Source: Trichoplax adhaerens
Taxonomy: Eukaryota > Animalia > Placozoa
Reading direction: 5' to 3'
NCBI RefSeq assembly: GCF_000150275.1
Contig: NW_002061123.1
Coordinates: forward strand, 1 to 5,554
Length of the DNA: 5,554 nt
This document shows, piece after piece, positions 1-5,554 of this stretch; the stretch's first letter is position 1; the number at the start of each line of letters is the position of its first letter. Under the pieces are notes generated by a model. That model saw only the letters and a program-made list of their open reading frames with translations, searched no databases and was not told the origin of the DNA. The position numbers were made by a program, and so were the translations under genes.

Positions 1-1624
1 ATCTTGATGGAAGCAATCATCCACATCTCTTGTTTTTTACATTCTGAAATCCATTTTATAATAAGACTGCGATTGCGTAAATCAACAAGAATTACTGGGA
101 AACAAGGCAAAGCTAAATCATAATTTGGAGAAATTAGAATAAACAAACGGCTAAACAAGCGCCTTTTAGTTGAGGATATTGTGGATAAGAAATGCCTATC
201 GTATGCAAGTAGAATGCAACTCGATAGGGATAATATTGGCAGCTTTTCAAGTTGGCCTAACGATCGATCGATGCATTTTTAATCGATTGCATTAAAGGCT
301 AATGGATGGCAAAGTTCCTTATACTTATTGACATGGATCAGCCCACATACAATACTGTGCTGTAGATCGAGGATGGTAACCGTTAGCTTACTTGTACTGT
401 ATGTCTATCTTTATTCTAAAATAAACAATCGCGATAGATTGGTACAACATGTTGTTAACTAGAATGATGTGAGTGATCTATTGCCTTGCTGAAATAATCG
501 ATAGATAAAATAGTAGTAATCTATGTTTGATCTTTCTACCGCTTACTTTCCAACAAAGATACGTGTCTATGTCAGTAGGCTGACAGTTATAGTATAGTTC
601 ACTCTCGACAATCTAAAGTAACCTAAACAGTAGTTCAGAAATATCTATAAAATGCTCATGTATTAGTTATCCGCTAATTTGTTAAAATAATCAAACTTGT
701 ACATTTATGTAAACACAACCTTGCAGAACCTCCAGCTATTGCTGACATAAGCTCTACCTCGAGTATTCTTTCTCATTCATGGAACAGTAATTGCTACAAT
801 GATGATCATTAATAAACAAATAAAATACGAATATAAAAACGGAATGCTTTTCTATACCGGTAGAATACAGTAGGCAGTACAGCTCTGAACAAATCCTATC
901 CCCAAAACCGGTAAGTGATTGAATTAGTTGGCTGAAAATACGTAGACCGACTATTTCGCTGGTTGCTTCAATATAGCTGCAATGGTATACTATGCTATCC
1001 TAGGTTTTCTAACTTCTCAGATTCTTATCAACTCCCAATTCCGTAATCGATGTTTTCTAAAGTAGTCCATTGAAATCCTTAGTATACAATGTTTTACTAT
1101 GATTACTCTACCAGCGATTTCTTAAGAGAAATTTCTCTTGCAGTCTTGCTTCAAATCTGATGTTAAAAGTTCTAGCTCTAGTTCTATCGCGACTATAGTT
1201 ACTCTAGTATTGCTTCACTCGACTATAATCCATATTTATTATAGTTACTATATTCATAGAATGTCAAGATAATCTTTTACAGTAGATTCTCTTTCCTCAT
1301 GTTACTCTGAATTCATATTCCAAACCAGACAACAAATGACAAATTGCAGATCTCTGCCCCAAATATGGTGTATTCTATATCTGCTCTTGTACAATATACG
1401 GGTATTTATACTATAGATTCTGGAATGCATGTCAATATCGGCATTAGAAATACTCTAAGTCGATAGCTGGAAATATCGGTATCATTTTATTCATTTTGAT
1501 AAACAATTTAAATTGGAAAGGCCTCAGGTCTGGCATTAGCCGAATTTAATAAATGTAAGCTGCAGTTGATAACATTTGCTCTTTGAAAGGCACTACAACA
1601 TTTAAGCATTAATCTACTCGCTAG

Positions 1625-1630
1625 TTTATT
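1625..1630 (-). promoter_or_regulatory. Candidate polyadenylation signal (AATAAA) of the CYP gene
   Basis: First minus-strand AATAAA seen after the stop (about 150 nt downstream), followed about 25 nt later by TG-rich TGTTGTAGTG. A second AATAAA is at 1491-1486. The AT-rich background makes chance hits common. Confidence 0.4.
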
Positions 1631-1782
1631 TTTACGTTTATCTTAGCCTTCCAAAAATATTCATTGAAATGTAGTAGTATTGTATTAAATTTTTCTATTA
1701 AAATATCCGAGAAGATGAAATCTTGTCAAGTAGTGAGTACGAGTATTTAACATATATCATAAAAACAAGCGTAGCATAATAT

Positions 1783-1896
1783 CTACTTTAAATCATTAAG
1801 TGCTATTATCATCTTATCCTTGGCGGCCATGACGAGCCTGTTAACTAGAGTATTTTCGGTAGGATTCATGGTTTTTATTTCATATTCCAAAATTAG
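1783..1896 (-). CDS. CYP terminal exon G, 114 nt (LILEYEIKTMNPTENTLVNRLVMAAKDKMIIALNDLK*)
   Basis: Acceptor TTTCTAAAACGCAG| after a 117-nt intron. Open phase-0 frame to TAG at 1785-1783. Length and LIxxYEI start fit a P450 C-terminus, but the sequence is less conserved than the other exons. Confidence 0.8.
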   Translation of the reverse strand, partial: LILEYEIKTMNPTENTLVNRLVMAAKDKMIIALNDLK

Positions 1897-4800
1897 CTGC
1901 GTTTTAGAAAGTTAATAATGTTCTTTAGTCATTACCAAATTATTATGAATTACTATGCTATATGTATATTATCTGTATACTTAAGAGAATAGATCAAGTA
2001 TGAAGAAACTGACCTTTGATAACAAAGTATGTATTTCCATCTCTGCTACGCGTTTTCCAATACACATACGTGGACCAAAACCGAATGGTAAATATTGAAA
2101 TCGGCTATCGCTATTGTATCCTTGGCGATCGCTGCCTCTTAGCCATCTTTCCGGCATGTACTGGCTTGGATTGGGAAAAACTGACTCGTCTCTGCCCATA
2201 ACGTAACTGGCGATCATAACAAAAGTCTATTTTTATACATAATAGAAAATGTCATTATTAGTAAACATTGTGAATAAATCTTACGTAGTCTACATTAAAA
2301 GGCTTTCATTATTATATAAAGGACTATACCTTGGCTGGTACTTTATATCCGCTAAGTACAAGATCACTATCAATAATTCGGGGTAGAGCAAAGACGATTG
2401 GCTGAAGTCTACAGTAATAAAAAAGAAGGAACGTGATTTTTATATTTGTAAAAGTTTGTAAAAATGTACAATTGTACATGTCTGATTTAGTTAAAGTATA
2501 TGTAATGTTACTATCATTAAGTTACAGCTCATCTTACAACAAGGCACAAAATAATAATTTTACTCTATTGATGCTACTCTAACCTCAATGTTTCTTTCAC
2601 ACACGAACGTAAATATGGCATCTTTTCTATTAAACTTGTATCCGGTTCTTTACAATCTTCCATAACGCTACGAACCTCGCTTCGTAATTTATCTTGTACA
2701 TGTGGATTTTTACCCAGATTATATAAAGTCCATAGAATAGTTGTAGCTGCCTAAACAATAAGTAAACATATGTATTATGCAGTAAAATTAATCATCGTAT
2801 TTAGATTACACTTGAAATGTAACAAATTAATGAATATATTCTGCTATGTAACATATAAGTACTGTACATTAGCTATTTTGACTATGAAATGCGAGCATTA
2901 CTATAAAATGTCAGTATAAAATGCACAATTATAGTCCATGTATATTGATGACTCCTACCTCTCTACTGGTATACGATGCTAAGCCAGATATGAACAATAA
3001 ACGAATCACTACAAAAATACTGTGTTATTTAAATAGCTAAGTGCACTGTACTGTATATTATATACTGTAGGATTATATTTCTAGTAAGAGTTGTAGCGTT
3101 TTTATATTATGGATTAATATAAATACTATGAAAGTGATTTTCTAAATTGAATCAATGTTGAAGTAGCTAGTATTAATTTAGTTTCTGCACTATTTGTAAA
3201 ATCGATATGCCCTTTGCTAAATTATTAACACTAACTTCTTATTTGGGTTACCACTAGTATTCTATCAATATTATTATTTATTATTTATTTATTTATTATA
3301 CCGTATCTACTCCGCCGAAAAGTAATTCCATCATGGCTACATTGGCTTCCCTTCGGCTTAATTTGCCGGTAGCAATAACATAAGTAAGAAAATCGACTCT
3401 ATCGTTTGATCGAGTTATGTCATCATTGCTCGCAATCTTCTTTTCAATTTGTTTCCTTTTTTCTTCAATAATATCATCAGCGAATTCGCCGGCGATATCG
3501 CTCCATTTATTAAGTTCTTTCCAGTGCTTAGTAAAGATATACTTGAAAATGAAGGGAGGGATAGTCAATATTGCATTAGTGGCTTCTAAAATTTTGGTAA
3601 TAGATTGATAGAACTGTTCAGTTTTAGGTTCGATTGGCTCTTTGAACATTCCCAAACGTTTTTCGAATAGAACAGTTGCAATAGCTAGATATAGATGGTA
3701 TTTCGTCAATGGATTAGTGTGATGTCATGTACTTTATATCTTATATAACAGTGAATTATATATCTTTGCATGCTAGTGAGGTAGACGTAAAATGAATAAG
3801 ATATATAAATTGCGTAAGAAGGTTTTCTTGAGTAAATTGATTTGTTTTTACTTACATTCTGTTGTATATTTATTGATTTCTTTCTCGATATCGGGTATAA
3901 CACCGTCGTTACCACGACATCGTTTAAGACGTTGGATGAGATCATTGCTGACATCATTGATTCTATCAGAATAGCATGTAACTTCGTGTGGTCTCATCAT
4001 TTTCTTGTCCATCACACTACGAAATTTTTTCCATTCTTCATCTTTTCTAAAATAAGTATTTACACGTAACAGGTATGAGAGCGGTGCTATTATCAGTTTA
4101 TCGATGATGAAGATGCAGATATTAGATTAGATCATTAATCTATAGTATGGTAATAACTTGATGGAGTTATGATGTCGTGGTATACTGTAGTGTCGCCACT
4201 AATTTGGTGTAAGTATTAAGTGGATAGTAGGCTAACTAATTTTAAGTAACGATATTGAATCCAATATGCATCACCACATGACGGTATTGAAGTTATCTTT
4301 AATCTGTAGTATAATAATTACTAGATGATCTCGACCGATTTAGTGCGAGTATGCACTAACTGGATAGCTAGCTAACTAATTTTAAGTAACGATATTGAGT
4401 CCAGTATGCATCACTGTGCGACAGCATTGAAGTTACCTTCTTGCTGTTCTGCTATTATTATGACTAGTATATCCCTCGCTCATTCTAATTCGCCTTCTAT
4501 ACTGTATATATACAATACTGTGCTTGTTTTTTGCTTTACTATACAATTGTATCACTGACTGACAATTTCCCTGACTGAGTATTTTTATATTATTTCGGTC
4601 GAGTAATAATTACTTGATCTATATACTGTATGTAGACACTGTAATAATGTAGACTGGATCAATCACATTATTAAAATATTCAGTCTTTAGTATACAATTG
4701 CCACACACCACTAGTGACAAAGTAGTCTCCACACGCCAATGCTTACGAAGAACGCCTCTTACTGACTTAAAGAGGCGAGATTCGCTATATCACCAAATAA

Positions 4801-5544
4801 TTCAGCTCCAACGACCGAATACTATAGTATAATTATAGCGTCACTGATAGTGTAAACGAGGTAGTCAGAGATTGACTACTATTTATTTCTGAAGAAATCT
4901 TGACAACCAAGATTATACCCTTGACAATTCACTAGCAATTGACAAACTAGTTGACTAACTAACCGCTTAACTAACTAAAAAGCGGTCTTCAGGCACCAGC
5001 CTTTTATAGTCTCGTCAAAAACTCCTGGTGCACATAAAGTAAAACTATCCTTCTAAAGTTGTATCGCAAGGTGTAGTTGGCTAGCAGTATAGCAATATTA
5101 TTTGGAACAAATATTTTAGTCAATCCTGAAGAAGTTCGATGATGCAACACGATGTTAGAAATATCTAATCCAGTCTTACTTACGAGAGTACGACTCCCAT
5201 GGATAAATTACGTTTCTTTCGATACTCTACCAGTGGTGCAATTGGATTTCTATTAGGATATTTCCCTTCTGCACGTAATACTTTTTCTGCATCTTCCGAT
5301 GTTGATACTGCTACAATTTGATTATTGCCGATAGTCTCCTTATAGATTGGTCCATATTCTTGTCGTCTTTTTTCTGTCATTGCAAAAAAATTTTGAAATC
5401 CCCATCCATCATTTTTAGCATAATCCAACAGGGTGCCAATGAATGGTAAGCCCTTAGGTCCTGGGATTTGATCCATGGATTTAACATTGGACATTTGTGA
5501 ATGATCCTCTGTTGGATTAGCAGAAGTCGTGGAATATCTCATTC
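1783..5544 (-). CDS. Mitochondrial-clan cytochrome P450 (CYP11/CYP24/CYP27-like); 7 coding exons in window, probably 5'-incomplete: join(5544..5184,4046..3856,3684..3302,2750..2584,2408..2330,2226..2014,1896..1783)
   Basis: Manual splicing gives an uninterrupted frame of 1506 nt from ATG 5542 (501 aa + TAG). All P450 motifs occur in order: proline hinge IPGPKGLP, C-helix WKKFR, I-helix FGGVDT, K-helix KETLR, PERW, heme motif FGFGPRMCIG. Mito-clan hallmarks: no N-terminal TM anchor, YGPIY, LRAEGKYPNR, ESIATVLFEKRLG, basic residues in YLRSCVKETLR and CIGKR (ferredoxin-contact positions). Confidence 0.95.
2014..2226 (-). CDS. CYP exon F, 213 nt (TFVMIASY...PERW...FGFGPRMCIGKRVAEMEIHTLLSK)
   Basis: Overlaps ORF 1981..2217. 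Acceptor AATAG|ACT, donor AAG|GTCAGT, phase 0 at both ends. Contains the heme-ligand Cys. Confidence 0.95.
2330..2408 (-). CDS. CYP exon E, 79 nt (R-LQPIVFALPRIIDSDLVLSGYKVPAK)
   Basis: Acceptor TTACTGTAG|, donor AAG|GTATAG, phases 2 to 0. Typical post-K-helix beta region (DLVLSGYxVP). Confidence 0.94.
2584..2750 (-). CDS. CYP exon D, 167 nt (AATTILWTLYNLGKNPHVQDKLRSEV...MPYLRSCVKETLR)
   Basis: Acceptor TATTGTTTAG|, donor AG|GTTAGA (phase 2, within the Arg of ExxR). Encodes I/J/K helices. Confidence 0.95.
3270..3299. repeat. Imperfect (TTA)n/(TTTA)n microsatellite at an intron 5' end
   Basis: attattatttattatttatttatttattat read directly. Confidence 0.75.
3302..3684 (-). CDS. CYP exon C, 383 nt (S-IATVLFEKRLG...ELLFGGVDT)
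   Basis: Lies inside ORF 3296..3709. Acceptor TATATCTAG|CT completes codon T|CT (Ser of ESI). Donor ACG|GTATAA, phase 0, in the I-helix. Confidence 0.93.
3856..4046 (-). CDS. CYP exon B, 191 nt (S-KDEEWKKFRSVMDKKMMRPHEVTCYSDRINDVSNDLIQRLKRCRGNDGVIPDIEKEINKYTTE)
   Basis: Not in the ORF track in this frame. Acceptor TTATTTTAG|, donor T|GTAAGT, phases 2 to 1. Contains the WxxxR C-helix motif. Confidence 0.93.
4047..5183 (-). other. Spliceosomal intron, 1137 nt (largest in window). Other introns: 3685-3855 (171 nt), 2751-3301 (551), 2409-2583 (175), 2227-2329 (103), 1897-2013 (117)
   Basis: GT...AG boundaries on the minus strand with reading-frame continuity across all junctions. Confidence 0.88.
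4202..4440. repeat. Diverged direct duplication, period ~140 nt (core copies 4221-4300 and 4361-4440)
   Basis: 66/80 identity in ungapped manual alignment, including an identical 28-nt block GCTAACTAATTTTAAGTAACGATATTGA. Similarity extends leftwards (atttggtgtaagtat vs atttagtgcgagtat). Confidence 0.9.
5184..5544 (-). CDS. CYP exon A (MRYSTT...IPGPKGLPFIG...YGPIYKE...GVVLS)
   Basis: Matches ORF 5180..5542. Ends at perfect donor TC|GTAAGT (phase 2). Preceded by acceptor-like TGTTTAG|GA ATG at 5546-5545. Confidence 0.92.
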
Positions 5545-5554
5545 CTAAACATAA

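Noticed and set aside
1-123. Short open frames at the left edge (plus ILMEAII...AKS*, minus ...MWMIASIK)
   Set aside because: Too short and truncated, with no recognisable homology; needs flanking sequence.
1444-1545. Minus-strand frame IRLMPDLRPFQFKLFIK..., reminiscent of a P450 C-terminal LxPxxPxxxxF strand (alternative last exon?)
   Set aside because: In-frame TAA immediately upstream, and the nearby CTGCAG acceptor opens another frame that stops after 7 codons; likely chance.
1981-2013. ORF tail VSFFILDLFS* as the CYP C-terminus (likewise the MTKYHLYL start of ORF 3296..3709)
   Set aside because: Intron read-through: a good donor AAG|GTCAGT and a suitable terminal exon exist, and a P450 needs about 35 more residues.
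2016-2201. Plus-strand 61-aa ORF
   Set aside because: Antisense shadow of heme-binding exon F; no recognisable features.
3417-3608. Plus-strand 63-aa hydrophobic ORF resembling a signal peptide
   Set aside because: Antisense to the Lys/Glu-rich part of exon C; A-rich codons read as Phe/Leu/Ser on the opposite strand.
3706-4069. ORFs 3706..3957(-), 3792..3974(+) and 3842..4069(+)
   Set aside because: Alternative-frame or antisense shadows of exon B running into intron; the true frame is fixed by WKKFR and the splice phases.
4900-4945. TTGACA as bacterial -35 boxes; 140-nt duplication as CRISPR-like
   Set aside because: Spliceosomal eukaryotic context; only two long diverged copies, no repeat-spacer pattern, no cas genes.
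4953-4980. CTAAC repeats as telomerase template or telomeric repeat
   Set aside because: No CCCTAA or CCTAA unit present.
4950-5031. Group I intron-like GAGACTA...TAGTC (P7) pairing on the minus strand
   Set aside because: No AAGAUA J8/7 and no room for a P4-P6 domain.
4889-5160. Three CTGAAGA words (hammerhead CUGANGA core), two followed by a stem
   Set aside because: No GAAA after the stems and no stem I/III closure.
1783-5544. CYP as a fragmented pseudogene, or assignment of a specific CYP symbol
   Set aside because: The spliced frame is intact with all catalytic motifs. CYP naming needs identity and phylogeny that I cannot compute here.

Overview
AT-rich eukaryotic (animal-type) genomic DNA. 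Positions 1783-5544 carry an intact, spliced, minus-strand cytochrome P450 of the mitochondrial clan (CYP11/24/27-like). I reconstructed seven coding exons by hand: 5544/5542-5184, 4046-3856, 3684-3302, 2750-2584, 2408-2330, 2226-2014 and 1896-1783. All six introns are GT-AG and phase-consistent, giving 501 aa from the ATG at 5542. The ORF track captures only parts of three of these exons. The true N-terminus (mitochondrial presequence) probably lies in an exon beyond the right edge. The 1137-nt intron at 4047-5183 is the most unusual non-coding part. It holds a diverged ~140-nt-period duplication, a dense series of short hairpins (about 4698-5113) and a TATA/Inr-like arrangement. Positions 1-1780 have no confident gene, only tentative splice-signal chains on both strands. 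No prokaryotic features are present. The organism cannot be determined from this sequence; a compact invertebrate genome such as a placozoan is only a guess.
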